A DNA stretch of 64,000 bases from Octopus vulgaris. Its lineage: Eukaryota. Below are positions 27,355 to 40,649 of the stretch, in pieces (within the stretch, counting starts at the first letter, position 1; each line of letters starts with the position of its first letter). Under the pieces are notes generated by a model, which had not been told where the DNA came from, searched no databases, and saw nothing but the letters and a program-made list of their open reading frames with translations. The DNA lies in NCBI GenBank assembly GCA_951406725.2, contig OX597825.1, forward strand, positions 61,008,001 to 61,072,000. Direction: 5' to 3'. Position numbers and translations under genes: made by a program.

Positions 27355-28369
27355 GTATGTATATATATATATGTATATATAATGCACAAATAAGAATGGC
27401 GAAAATATGTTTTCCGTTTTCTGACATGGCATGACATCCTTCAATGATGGCATTGAGCGCATAATACTTATTATTGTACATATTTACAACTACGGCAGGT
27501 CTTAGGACTGCTTTCGTAAATCTTTATTCTTTTTTTTTCCCCCCTTTTCCTAAAGACTTCCACTGGAATTAGGAAAGATTGATATAAATGTCAAATTTTG
27601 GAATTTTCTTCTGTCATATTAGGTGATAGAAGAGAGAAAAATCAGAAATAGAATTATTGCACTTGGACTTTCTTTCGGAAAAGGTAAATGTGAAATTTAT
27701 TATGGTGCAAAGGAAAAATTCTATAACTAGTCTAATACATTTTGCTTGTAAGGGATCTTGGTGAAAGCGTATATAACTGCAGGAACTTTCAATAATTGGG
27801 CAGTACATATGATGATAGATTACTTAGTAAAGCAAGGGGAAAAGTTATGGACAATTTTTATTATTAGACGAACTACTACGCAGGTGGGGCAAAATGCCTA
27901 GCAGTATTATTTTTCGGCGTCTTACGCTCTGAGTTCAAATTCCGCCGAGATCGACTTTGCCTTTCAGCTTTTCAAAACCGATAAAATAAAGTAGCTATGT
28001 AACTATTCATACAAGTGCAGGAAGAGTGACGTCGTTTTCCACCCAATATAAATTTGCCCATGAGAAATTAGTTTTGGCGACGTACCTCGTATACAAGTGA
28101 AAGCCTGTGCAACTCAAATGGAACAAATATCACAAGGGATTTATTTTCGAAAACACTGGTTAACAGTTTTCATGCTGATCTTTATATCCTTTATTCCCAA
28201 AATCATTAGAGCGTCGGAAAAAAATACCTGCAGTATTAAGTTATAGCTTATAACGTTCTGAGTTCATATCTCACCGAGGAGAGCTTTACCTCCTCTTCTG
28301 AGGTCAATAAAATAAAGTACTGAAAACTGTCTCTAGAATACACTCTTCGTCATAGGAATGGAATTATCT

Positions 28370-28563
28370 TTGCTACTATAAACTCAAGACCTGAAATCTT
28401 GGGGATGGGGATAAGTCGATTACATCGTACTTAATTTACCGACACCAAAAGGATGAAAGGCCAAGTCGACCTCGGCGGAATGTGAACTCAGAACGTAGCG
28501 ATGGGTGAAATATCGCTGAGTATTTCGTCAAGCGTGCTAATGTTTCTGCCAGCTGATCGCCTT
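28370..28563 (-). mobile_element. Nin/Deu-domain-like SINE; more fragments at ~27885-27995 and ~28205-28320 (+)
   Basis: AAAGGATGAAAGGCCAAGTCGACCTCGGCGGAATGTGAACTCAGAAC. Confidence 0.85.
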
Positions 28564-28775
28564 CATGGGATTGGAATTATAATAGAATGGAATTATAATA
28601 CCACCTAGAGATATACGTACACAGAGAACCCATCCACACACGCTCACATATGCAACATTCGTTTCAAATGTTGGTACAAGGCCAGTAAGTTGGAGGGAGG
28701 GATGTAATTATTCAACCGAACTCGAAAGAATAAAAGGCAAAGTGAAAGACAACAATGTGATCCCAGTGAAATTTG

Positions 28776-29210
28776 GGATCTTTTCGGTTTGAACGGCAGT
28801 TTTTAACATAATTTCTAGGTAACTAAAAAATTTTAAAGTTCGTATACTGGTTGAATGTGTTTATAAAACATACTTTTCTCTTGGCTTTATTGAGAAACTT
28901 CTATAGTTTGTAAAATATTTGTTGTTTTTTTTTCTTCAATTTCTGCAATTTCAACCAATCAAATACGTCTATTGAGGTAAAAAACATTCTGTGCCGCATG
29001 AATATGTCCCTCGTTTAAGAAACAGATTGGATTTATTTACATAGGTGAGGAAAAAAATATACCCTTCCCCCCACCCCTAACCCTAACCCTAACTAACCCT
29101 AATCCTAAAACAGATTGAAATGCAATAGATCGATACTAGGGTCATAATTATGGGTGACAATTTCATATGACACCGCTAGAAAAAAACTGCCGTTGAAACC
29201 GAAAAGATCC
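28776..29210. mobile_element. 435-bp TIR element (MITE) with 8-bp TSD and internal (CCCTAA)n, nested in a Nin-like SINE
   Basis: TIRs GGATCTTTTCGGTTTGAACGGCAGTTTTT / AAAAACTGCCGTTGAAACCGAAAAGATCC; TSD GAAATTTG (28768-28775) / GAAATCTG (29211-29218); host SINE resumes at 29211. Confidence 0.9.
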
Positions 29211-29612
29211 GAAATCTGAACTCAAAACGTTGACATACGAAATGCTGCTAAGCGTTTCACCCGGGTTCCTAACGATTCCGCCAACTCACCACGTTAAGAA
29301 TATTTCATTCCCACGAAGAAGTATACGTTCTAGTGACGGATTCCTGTACTTAATACAATATTAAATACAAATATTTGGCACGAGGCTAACATTTTTCGAG
29401 GAAGGGCATTAGTCGATTACATAGAACCCAATATTGATTGGCACTTTATTTATCGATCCCGAAAATTTCAAAGATGATATCAACTTCGGTGGAACATCAA
29501 CTCAGAGCGTAAAGAGTCGGAAGAAATTTCGGTAATTATTATGTCCGGTGCGCTAATGATTCTATCCTTTTGGTGCATATATAACAACAACACAAACAAC
29601 AACAACAACAGT

Positions 29613-30109
29613 GGAGGCGCAATGGCTCAGGGGTTAGGGCAGCGGACTCGCTGTCGTAAGAGCACGGTTTCAATTCCCAGACCGGGCATTGTGAGTGTTT
29701 ATTGAACAAAAACACCTAAGCTCCACGATGCTCCGGTGGCAGGAGGAAGGGTGAACCCGCTGTACTCTTTCACCACAACTTTCTCTCACTCTTTCTTCCT
29801 ACTTCTGCCACAAAGCAGAGGAACCATGGTGTAACCCACTATGGTGTGGTAAACTTTCAGACCCTAGTCTAGATTGCGAATCCTCTGTACCCCAGGATGG
29901 TTCAGCTCTCCACTCGTTAAAAGCCACCGTTTACGGAATGAGGATAACAGCGTAGCTTTCGCGCCCATGCAACCGTCAGTTTATTGCACGTGGTGGGTGG
30001 ATCTTCAAGTTGCCACACTCATTCTTAGTAGCTTAGAGTAGGCTCGAATTAGAGATTATTCTTTGTGGCTAATGGCGTGAGTCCTGATTGGAAGAAGAAG
30101 AAAAAGAAG
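29613..30109 (+). mobile_element. Family B SINE, full length, with 17-bp TSD
   Basis: TSD ACAACAACAACAACAGT (29596-29612) / ACAACAGCAACAACAGT (30110-30126). Confidence 0.9.
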
Positions 30110-30180
30110 ACAACAGCAACAACAGTACTAATGATAATTATGATTTCAAATTTTGGTACATAGCCAGCACTTTCGAGAAG

Positions 30181-30441
30181 GGGTTTTGTTCACCATCCTT
30201 AAACAAACCTTGTTCAGGGACTGTCTGCGCGAGATGGGCTTCTCGACCTGAAGGAAATTCTGAGCTCCAGCTGCAAGCTCATGCGCTGTTCATCTTGATA
30301 TGAGATCAGCATGTTGTGCACATATGGTTGTGATGCATGTGTCTGGTGTACCCTTATCAGGCGGGTAGTCAGGATGGGTATATTGGGCTTCGTATATTTG
30401 TACCCAGATGTCACTTTGGTGGCACACGCTATCTCTCTCGC
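30181..30441 (+). mobile_element. Family C element, 5'-truncated, followed by (AAT)n
   Basis: Aligns with the 3' half of 30505-31051. Confidence 0.85.
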
Positions 30442-30488
<47 letters not shown>

Positions 30489-30504
30489 TAAAAAATAAAC
30501 GAAT

Positions 30505-31051
30505 GCCCTGATGCAGTACCAGGTACTGGGTCTCATGGCTTCTGATCTTAACTGATTGGTAGTGTTATGTAATGTTTTATCTTGGTATACAAGATGAGCT
30601 ACAACAAATATTCTGCTCAGTACTTCAGATTTTCTTGTCACTTACTTGACTTTAACAAGAAGAGATGTCCCTTGCTGGATGATATATGTGCTGCTCTGAT
30701 CATGAGCAGAAGCAGTGAAGGAGCATTATAGCCATGTGTTGAGAGGAATTCTTTGGGGCTTGAATAATTCACCTTTGGAAACGTGGGCATTTCGTTCAAC
30801 ATCCTTAAACAAGCCTTATTCAGAAACCTTTAGAGCAGCATGGGCTACTCGACCTGAAGAAAATTCTAACTGAGCCCCACCTGCAAGATCATGCTCTGTT
30901 TATCTTGATACGAGATCACCATGTCGTGTGCATATAGTTGTGATACATGTGCCTGGTGTACTGTTACCAGACTGGTAGTCATGATGGGTATACTGGGTTT
31001 CGCATATTTTACCCTAGTGTTACTTTGATGGTATGTATTGCTCTCTCACTC
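30505..31051 (+). mobile_element. Family C element, apparently full length (~547 bp), between AAT-type repeats
   Basis: Starts GCCCTGATGCAGTACCAGG, ends CTCTCTCACTC+AATAAC; reverse-complement match to 44374-44921. Confidence 0.88.
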
Positions 31052-32464
31052 AATAACAATATAAACATTTATGCACAAGCAGCATTTGTTTGAAGATCTG
31101 AGACAAACTTCATGTATCTGAACAACAGTGTGCAGTGCCTATGCTTTAGAAAGTAAGCAAATTTGAATACATCTAGTTATATTCTTTTTGCATACAGGAA
31201 CATAAATAGATTATCCAGGTATGTTTCATGGGTGTAGACAACACTTCAGGGAGCTATCATACTAAATTCTTCGGGACATAACCATCCCTTACCCTTCTGC
31301 TTATGAAGATTAATTCATTGCAATCGCTCTCTAAATCAGTCACAAGCGGGCTCTTAATTGAAATGGCTAGAGTAATTTGCGCATCGTACTTGAGTCGGCA
31401 ATGTGATTACATAGTTAACAGCCATTTTTACGCAGAGAGTGTATTAGAAAATCTATGAGAAATACATTGTAGTTAAACTAAGCTGAGATAAATCTAAAAT
31501 AAATTTAATATAGTTAGTTTGTAAAGCCTACACTGTGTAAAGTAAACAAATTTGGAGACATTTAATTATTCCCTTTGCACACACCAAAAATATTTTTTTA
31601 GTACAAAGAGAATACAAGCTGTATCCTCATATGTTTACTTTCAACAGCACAGACATTACAAACTTTAGTGTAACTAAATTTATCTTAGATTTTTTAATAC
31701 CTGTTGTGCATAAAAAGATTACTTATTTAATTACGCCGGCAACTAATGCATGACAGGCGAATTATATTGCAATGAAAGCAAATTATCGAATCTAGCATGA
31801 AGCATTAACTAGCTATTATTTCCCTAAAAAATATACAGCTATCAACTTTGGGACACCAAACATATCAACAGATTACATTTGTGTGACATAATCAAAACGT
31901 TGAATGAAAAACACTAGAAGCTCAGAAACATCGATTTGAATACATTTTTTTTTTAAATGTTCATGGAAATCTTAGTAGGGAGTCTATCATATGATAACTG
32001 CAGGTTTAGTCTTATGCAATCGTTGCATCTGCTAAATATAGCAGCTAAATGTTCCTTAAATACACTCTCTTGAGTGAAATGACGCAGAGAATGTCATCAT
32101 ACAAATCTGACGGGATGATTATCACTTGAACAGCTTTCATCATGTTTTCAAGATCAGGTAAGACTTTGGTTTAGACAACAACAAAAAAAAAACAACAAGT
32201 ATATGAATGTTAATAAAATGTTGGTTACACAACATGTATGTGTTTGTGTGTTTGAGAATATGGGTACGTGTGCGTGTGTGTGTTTGACAAAGGGAGAGAG
32301 AGGGAAAGAGGGAGGGAGAGAGAGAATAATGAATTATGACGTCAAAATATGAACACAGAAAATTGTGTCTCCAAGAGGTTACATGAATGGTAATCACTCA
32401 CTCATACAACCACACGCACGCGCAACGCCTGGTGATGAAGATGATGATGATGGGGGAGGCTCGA

Positions 32465-32720
32465 CATCATTGAGTTTGGAGTAATCACTTGTGATGGCAA
32501 CATTATGTCTCTATTCATCCTTCCACATGCTTTCAGATTCAATACGGAGGCCTACATCAAGTAACTGGAGGAGGTAGTACTGCTTTGGGTCAAGAAGGTG
32601 GCTACTGGAAGACCCTATGTCTGGCAACAAGACTCCTGCACCATGCCAAACAAGCAAGAGAACCTATTCATGGCTGTCAAACAATTTCTGCGACCACATC
32701 ACCCCTAACACCTCAGACTG
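32465..32720 (+). pseudogene. Tc1/mariner-superfamily transposase fragment, maT/DD37D-like
   Basis: Translates FGVITCDGNIMSLFILPHAFRFNTEAYIK*LEEVVLLWVKKVATGRPYVWQQD, then APCQTSKRTYSWLSNNFCDHITPN. Confidence 0.75.
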
Positions 32721-32739
32721 CACCCCCACCCCACCCAAA

Positions 32740-33083
32740 AAAACTGCAAAGTTGAGGTGTAAGGATACCCTAAAGGGCAACCTAAAAGATGTAACATCCA
32801 ACCTCGCAAACTCGAGAGCGCAGTCACAAACAAGGCTACTTGGAGGTCGATCACCTACACTGCTATAGCTGCTTTTGAAGAGAACAGACGGCAACGCCTT
32901 GTAGTCACAATAGACGGACATCACCGGACCGCATTTTCCTCAGTCCCAACCACAAACTACGAGTGTCCAACTTGCGGGCGCATGTTTGCTTCCAGTTTTG
33001 AGCTGCAGAGCCACATGCGTTCCCACCACTGACTGCTGAGATCACAGACTATATTTTCATCGGAAATCGATGGACTGCCGAGA
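32740..33083 (+). pseudogene. RTE-clade LINE 3' end with C2H2 finger
   Basis: KLRCKDTLKGNLK...WRSITYTAIAAFEENRRQR...ECPTCGRMFASSFELQSHMRSHH*; short 3' UTR ending GATGGACTGCCGA. Confidence 0.8.
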
Positions 33084-33561
33084 TATATACAACCTTCTAC
33101 GTCAATGTACAATATATATGTATATATTTATAATTATTTTTTTAGGGAATATAAATCCAAACTTGCAGGGAAATATATATTTATATAGACATTTCTGGTC
33201 ACTTCAGCCATGTAACCATCCACGTGTTTTCTTTAAATGACGGTCTGACCGTCTGCCAAGCAAATGGGAAACAGTAATTGAAGTAGGCTGTGAATATGCT
33301 CCGGAATAATCATATAGAGATGTTTTTGTTGAATAAAATTGGTTGAAAAAAATGCCGAAATAATCATGCACCAACTCAATATGTATATATTACTCGACAG
33401 TAATAGAGATGTCTATATATTTGCATACATATGCTCTACCACATCGACATATATTATTCGGGTGTATATATATATATATGTATGTATGCACATATATATA
33501 TATATATATATATATGTATGTGAGTGTGTATGTAAGTATATATATATATATATATATATAC

Positions 33562-33594
<33 letters not shown>

Positions 33595-33726
33595 TGTATA
33601 TACGCACGCATTTCTGAGATAATCTATATTTTAGCATCGTATTCTATAATATTCCGAATATAGAACAGGAATTTAGATTTAATAACGATGTACTGAATCA
33701 AAAATCGAAAATATTCCCCTACAAGC

Positions 33727-33778
<52 letters not shown>

Positions 33779-33791
33779 GTACGTATGTATG

Positions 33792-33830
<39 letters not shown>

Positions 33831-34584
33831 AACAAATATATTTCCTGATAATGCTTCCAGGTAAAAATTTGCCATAATAAACTTGTTGGATGCAAAATAG
33901 AAATGTACATTGTAAGAAAGTACATACTTAAGGGCAAATGTTTAATTCGACACACTAAAATATAAACATAAATCTATATACGATATCTATGTGAAAGAAG
34001 AGAACAGAATTATCAGTAAAATGTTGCTTGGGGGAGTTCATGAGTTCTCTTCATCATCCTAAGTAAATGGTACCATGATGTTGGTCTTTTTTGGTTTCTA
34101 GCCCCAGGTCACCACAGTTCTTTAGACTTATGATCGAAGACACACAAGTCGACATCATACAGTCTGTTTTTTATTCCCTTATTTTTTTTTCAGATATAGT
34201 ACATCTAAGAATATATCTGATATATTCCTTCTTTATTTTTGATGGTAGGATGGGATTTGAAAAAAATTGTTAGCTACCGTTAACGTCAAGGGATCATATA
34301 ATGATTTTATTTTCATCGAGAATGTTCTTATATCTAATAGTATTAGTTCTATTGAAACTGTTTCGCACCGGGCCAGCTCATATCGAGTAAAACTATGATC
34401 AAATTCTAAAGTCACGACTCTAACATTGTTATTTATTCAGAGGTAATGTACCTAAGACCCTCTGGTATAATATTTACTTTTTAAAGATTGTATTGAATGA
34501 TTTGAGGGTGAATTAACTGAGATTTTTAGAAACGAAGAAAAAACTCAGGTAGAAGTTTTTATTTCTATCACTTCATTAATATTA

Positions 34585-35612
34585 TTTTCAAATTTTGGCA
34601 CGAGACCGGCAATTTCAGCTGGGGGGGGGGGCTAGGGCTAAATCGATTACAACGACCCCAGAGCTCAACTGGTAATAATTTTATCGACCCGGAAAAGATG
34701 AAATTCAAAGTTGACCCCCGGCAGTATTTGAACTCAGAACCAAAGGACAGGCAAAATACTGCGGAGCATTTTGCCCGGCGTGCTCTGGGTTCTGCCAGCT
34801 CGACGCTTTCATCTTAGTTAATATTAGTTTAAAATTTTCAATCGCCACCGCGATTGACTTTACCTTTTATCCTTTTTTCTTTTTTTTTCTTTTCTGGTGA
34901 GGGGAGTCAATAAATTAAGTACCAGTTAAGCCCATGGGTTAATGTAATCGACTTAACCTCACCTCGAACTTGCTGGCCTTGTTCCAAAATTTGAAACTAA
35001 TATTCTTTTCTAATCTAGGCCCGACATTTTTAGGGAAGGAGAAGTCGATTTGATCGACCCCAGTATGCAACTAGTACTTAATTTATCGACCACGAAAGGA
35101 TGAAAGCAAAGTCGGGCTCGGCGGAAGTTGAACTCAGAACGCAAAGACAGACGAAATACCTATTTCTTTACTGCCCACAAGGAGCTACACACAGAGGGGA
35201 CAAATAAGGACAGACAAACGGATTAAGTCGATTATATCGACACCAGTGCGTAACTGGTACTTATTTAATCGACCCCCGAAAGGATGAAAGGCAAAGTTGA
35301 CCTCGGCAGAATTTGAACTCAGAACGTAGCGGCAGATGAAATACTGCTAAGCATTTCACCCGGTGTGCTAACGTTTCTGCCAGGCTCGCCGCCTTAAATT
35401 TGAAACCAATATTAAAGAAGATGACGGTGGCGACGTGACAGAATCTTTCGTGAGTCAGATAAATTGTTTTACGTTGCTCAGTTCAAATCCCTTGAAGGAC
35501 AACTTGCCTTTTTATCCTTTCGAGGTCGATAAAATAAATCACCAGTCAAATACTGGGACCGATGTAATCGACTCGCTACCCGTCATCAAAACTGATGGCC
35601 TTGTGCCAAAAT
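34585..35612. mobile_element. Cluster of Nin/Deu-domain-like SINEs in alternating orientation, including a dimeric copy
   Basis: ~34585-34810 (-), ~34845-35000 (+), ~35010-35395 (-, two cores), ~35425-35612 (+). Confidence 0.85.
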
Positions 35613-36279
35613 GAATAAAAAACTTTAAAAAAGTAGTCTATGTTTTTAAATGGTGTGTAAATCAACCTGTGATTTATTGAACTCAAGAACACTGTGAATA
35701 GATTTTGTTACCTGGACTGTAAATTACCACCTCCAATGTTTCAAGTGAGCATCCCGATTTATGTTTCTAGACAATATTTCGACCTATTGGATTCAGATGA
35801 ATGAGAAGGCCTTTTTTTAGGGATAAGCTGACCTGCTAAACTAGAGAAAAATTTCCCTCAAATTATGATCTAGCATCCTAAAAATAATAGCGCTTTTGGC
35901 ACAATATAAAATAAAAGCGGTAGCAACTGATTTTAGGCTTGTTCACTCAGAAATAATCGGATATTAAGCAAAAGCAACTAATTGGACTAGAAATCCATTT
36001 TTCATTTTGCTGGTGTAGAATTAAATGTATACTAGTTTGGAGCAGACATAGAAGCAGTATGAGAAATAATAAATTGCTGGTATAAAATATGGCGTACATT
36101 TGCAATGTATTATTACAAAACCTTCCGTGATCCAAGATACAACCCAGGAAATGTCAATGTTCAGAATGTTCTTATTCTAGGCAAATTATTTATAACTGTA
36201 CGTCCAACTCTTGTTCAAGACTTTAAAGAAATTGTTCAAGAATTAGCTTGTTGGAGGATTTGAAAAATGCGTTACAAAA

Positions 36280-37440
36280 GTGCTTTCTATACAGACATCT
36301 TTGAGTAAGAATATCCAACGATTGTAATGAGTGTCTTGTGTAATGTGTCAGTGTAATGAAAATCATTACATACGCTAGTATCTTATTTTAATACTATGTT
36401 ATTGGATTACATTATTATCAGGACTGGCTTCAGTGCACTTATCATATATTTAATCAAGTTCCGCATTATTTTATGTATTTTGTATCTATGTGTACGCCGT
36501 TGTTTGATGTAAGACAAGATTATCTTCGCTTTTATCTAAGTTTATTTCACATCGTCTTATAAGTGTGTAACATGGTAGGAATGGTTAACTTATATATTGC
36601 CTAGCTTACGATTCATTCCCAAATCCAATTTTCAACTGTTATTTTCTTTGTCCTAATTATTTTCTTATTCACAAAGCATGTGGCCAGTATCATTATTTGA
36701 TAAATACTGTTGGTCAACCCATTTTGCAGCGATATCTATGTGCAGTTTCCTTGTAACGACTGATCTCCTTAATCAAAGTCGAGCTTTTATTTTATTTTTT
36801 GGGGGCGAATTTGTATAACGTAAATATTCTTAAAAATTCCTTCCTGAATCTATCCATCGCTTTGCCATACCTATGATATGATACAGCTAACCTATCATCG
36901 CTATACAATCCGGAAGTATGAAATATGAAACTCCAGTGTATTCGATGAGTATCTAGGATAAAAAATCCTATAGAATCTGCCACCTCATTCCATTATAGTT
37001 TCCCCAGAAATGCCGAATAAGGGCCATCTTTTATAAATTGCGAATTAATTTAATAATTTTTATATGTCTTTAAGATGTTAAAATCACTCTTAATAGATGT
37101 AGTTACTGCACTTTTAACACCACTGTCACTGATGATTTCACTTACTAAATAAATATGATTCTCCATTATCACTTTTGCTGTCATATTTTGTAAGCACAAA
37201 TAGGAATATTTACACATACACGAAAAACAAATATGTACTTCGTGAAGAAGGGGGCAAAATAGATTTGAGACTGGCTGGAGCTAATCATACTTTTTGTAGA
37301 TAATTTTGATAGGCAACATATGGAGCCATCTGAAAACAGAGTATTTGTCTTCAAGCCTACAACTTGTGGTAGCTTGCGCGACTTTTGTTGCAACTCTACA
37401 TTGCTTTCACTACTTGGGATCTTTTCATTGTTTCCTTCTA
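36280..37440 (-). pseudogene. Heavily decayed Penelope-like reverse transcriptase region
   Basis: GNYNG/(frameshift)/EVADSIGFFIL...GLYSDDRLAV...MDRFRKEFLRIF resembles the PLE RT pattern GSYDGAEVCELVGLYIL...GLYRDDGLAV; boundaries approximate. Confidence 0.65.
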
Positions 37441-38763
37441 AAAGAATTGAACTGAAACAGCTCGAGAAAAGTGCAGAACTCTAACCTCTTGACTACGTGG
37501 TAAGGCTGTACAAATGTGTTTAAGAAACATAAACTTTAATTATAGTTGTATAGGAAACAGCATTACACTTACAAAAACAATTACGAAAACGTGGATCTTG
37601 AATAATAAATCACAGATGGCAACTGCCAACATTATCTTATATTAGATATATGTCTAACTGTTGCCACTATATTTTCTTTACATATGTAGCATAAACTTTT
37701 TTAGGCTATGCTTTAATGCTATTATTCAAGTCAAATAGAGAACCGTGTATTTTCGGAACCCAAATAAAAAAGAATTTCAGTAAAATGCAGGGTGCAACTC
37801 ACTTGCTTGGCCTGCAAGAAATAGCTCACAATTTCCTCAAATCACATTGAAGCCTTTTAAATAAAGAAGTAAATATTGGTTACTTCAATCGCTGATATAC
37901 AAAACACCAATGTCTGATAGTTGTGGCTGGGAAATTTTTCATGTGTCATCTTGATGAAGGCCTGGGGCCTAGGAGGAACAATGACAAAAATAGCTGCCTT
38001 ATCCATTATGATAACGATTGATGGTCCACCATCAAACCATCCCTTACTAAATTTTAAACCCCACAATCAACAGGGTGGTTCTATGTGTTTGCTCGATCTG
38101 CAAATAATAGCAGTCAAATCTCTCACAAATTATACATTGGGGTTTAACAGAAATAAAGAGCATTACATACTCGTTAACCGAATAGATTCTCTGAAAAAGA
38201 AAAACATATAAGATGATTATAACTGGAACAACTTTGAGCCAAAGGTTATTCGACCGGGGCTGCCTGGGGCTAAACAAAAACTGTAACGACAGCACAAGGG
38301 TGTTGATGTTATATTGATAAAACCGTCTACTTCTCCACTGGATTTCAATCCTGACTTTAAATCTTAATCATCCTATAGAGACTGATATACTGACAAATAC
38401 ACAGCCGTAGCTTGACATTTCGTGTTTAAGTGAAATCAAAGACATTTCAAGTTGCTACAATGGACGTTCTTATCGGAAAGGTGAAATATCCAATGGATTT
38501 CCTATCTGTCATGACATGTCCGATATAGCGGCTACAGCGAACATAGCATGGGAATAGGAGATACTGGGATGGGGTGGGGTTTATACTACGTCTTATGTCA
38601 ACAGGACATTCACACCATTCCTTCTTGATCTGCATACACAACCACACATGCATACACTCTCATATCTACTTATGTAACAGATACACATATACGCATACAC
38701 ATGCAACCGTACACACACACACACGCGCGCGCGTATATAATCTTGACTATGTTATATGTAATT

Positions 38764-40224
38764 CTAGCTGAATAGCCCTTCGCTGCTGGGCAATTTTTAC
38801 AATAGAATGTCTTATATAAATTTTTGCTTATTCCATGTCAGACCGTGCCTCCTACAGGTAGGCCTCTTGATCAGCACAGATTTGTGCAATGTTTCGCAAA
38901 AAAAAACTTTGTTGTAGGCGGCGAGCTAGCAGAAACGTTAGCATGCCGGGCGAAATACGTAGCCGTATTTCGTCTGCTGCTACGTTGTGAGTTCAAATTC
39001 CGCCGAGGTCGACTTTGCCTTTCATCCTTTTGGGGTCGATTAAATAAGTACCAGTTACGCACTGCGGTCGATATAATCGACTTAATCCGTTTGTCTGTCC
39101 TTGTTTGTCCCCTCTATGTGTAGCCCCTAGTGGGAAGTAAAGAAATAAAAAAAACTTGGTTGAGAAATTTTTTTCTTTTTTAAATTATTTACATGTCTGT
39201 TCGACCACTTTAAAACTTATTAAAACTTTAGAAGTTCTTACAGCTTTGGTCGTCGTAATGCTTTGCTTTCGTTTGTTTAATAAAAATTCTTCCACGTAAC
39301 GATTTTGTTTTCATTTTGTGATAGACAGCTATCAATGCTAGCTTTTAAATCGTGTCTTCTGATTAGGTAAAATTGATTAAACTTTAAACCTCAGTAACAT
39401 TTTCTGATTTTTGTCTGGAACAAATAAGTAACAAAATTCGATTTAACATGGAAAATTATTTCAATATACTAAATTTGAAAATTTTGACATAATCTTAAAA
39501 TTTCACAATATGTGACAGCAACAAGGAAGACCCTACAAAAGTAGATAGACAGTTATAAGACACCTCACACACACAAATATATATATACACACAGACATAC
39601 ACATACGCACGCACTGAAACACACATTTACAAATGGTGTATAGTAGACATTTGTATGTATGTACATATGTATATATATGTGTGTGCGCGCGCGCGCGTGT
39701 GTGTCTGTGTGAGTATTTCTTAGCGATGGACAGCAGAAAAGCCACTTAACCCCTCTCTTCTTAAAGCTACGTATTCCTCACACCCACCTTTGTTTCCATT
39801 CTACGGTGTTTTAAAAGTTATATGTGTGTGTGGATATATCTATGCATTTACAAAAGTATGTATGCAGCGTCGCATGTATATCCCTGAATGACAGCTGTAT
39901 TAACGTTGACTTCCTACTGCCACTCTATATTTTTCACTTACATAACGCTGTTCTCTCCTTGCCTGATATCAGCCAAACTCACTATGCCACCACATTTCCC
40001 TCACACTAACACTGCTGCACCCTTCTCCTTTTTTCAAATAATAGGCCCATTATATATTTTTATGTGGCCCATTATATATTTTTATTGAAATCCAATTAAC
40101 CTATAATTAAACTGGATGTCAGTTTAACATGTATGAAAAGTTTCGTCAAAATTGGTTCACTGGTGTAGGCAGAAAGATGGTAACAAACACGTCGACGGAC
40201 AGAAATTGTCATTTATGTATACGA
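38764..40224 (-). mobile_element. Non-autonomous Helitron-like element containing a nested SINE
   Basis: Minus 5' A|TCGTATACATAAATG...ACCAATTTTGACGAAACTT; minus 3' hairpin GCCC-AGCAGCGAA-GGGC then TATTCAGCTAG. Pairing of the two ends is inferred. Confidence 0.6.
38917..39147 (+). mobile_element. Young Nin/Deu-domain-like SINE
   Basis: GGCGGCGAGCTAGCAGAAACGTTAGC head through AGTAAAGAAATA tail. Confidence 0.9.
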
Positions 40225-40649
40225 TGTGTGTACATGTATCTAGGACATGTGTGTACATGTATCGTCGATTCACAAGAACTCGTAGGCGGACCTGTAGATT
40301 TCTTTTTAAAAGACAAGTCTAGATTTGTTTGCTTGGAAGAAGCTTTTTTTTCGCTCTCTATAAATTTCCTGGTAACACGCTGAAGCATTTGTTATGGTTC
40401 GTTCAAAATTTAAATCTTGTGCTTGAAAAATAAAACTCCCAAACCCGAGGTCTCGTGAAGCGAGTTCTCGTAAGGCGAAGTGCTACTATATTTCTTTTTG
40501 CTTGCTTGTTTGTGCGTATGTGTGCGCGTCAGCGAGCATGTGTATACACATATGTATGTATGTATGTATGTATGTATGTTTGTATGTATGTATGTATGTA
40601 TGTATGTATGTATGTATGTATGTATGTATGTATGTATGTATGTATGGTC

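Noticed and set aside
29075-29108. Telomere or chromosome-fusion scar
   Set aside because: Short tract lying wholly inside a TIR element.
30505-30830. HDV-like ribozyme at the family C 5' end (GCCCTGA pairing with a downstream TCAGGG seen in other copies)
   Set aside because: I could not build P2, P3 and P1.1 by eye; it needs a motif search.
31055-31250. Possible further R4 3' end (GTAH-like codons on the minus strand)
   Set aside because: Too short and degenerate, and its orientation relative to the AAT tract is opposite to the other R4 copies.
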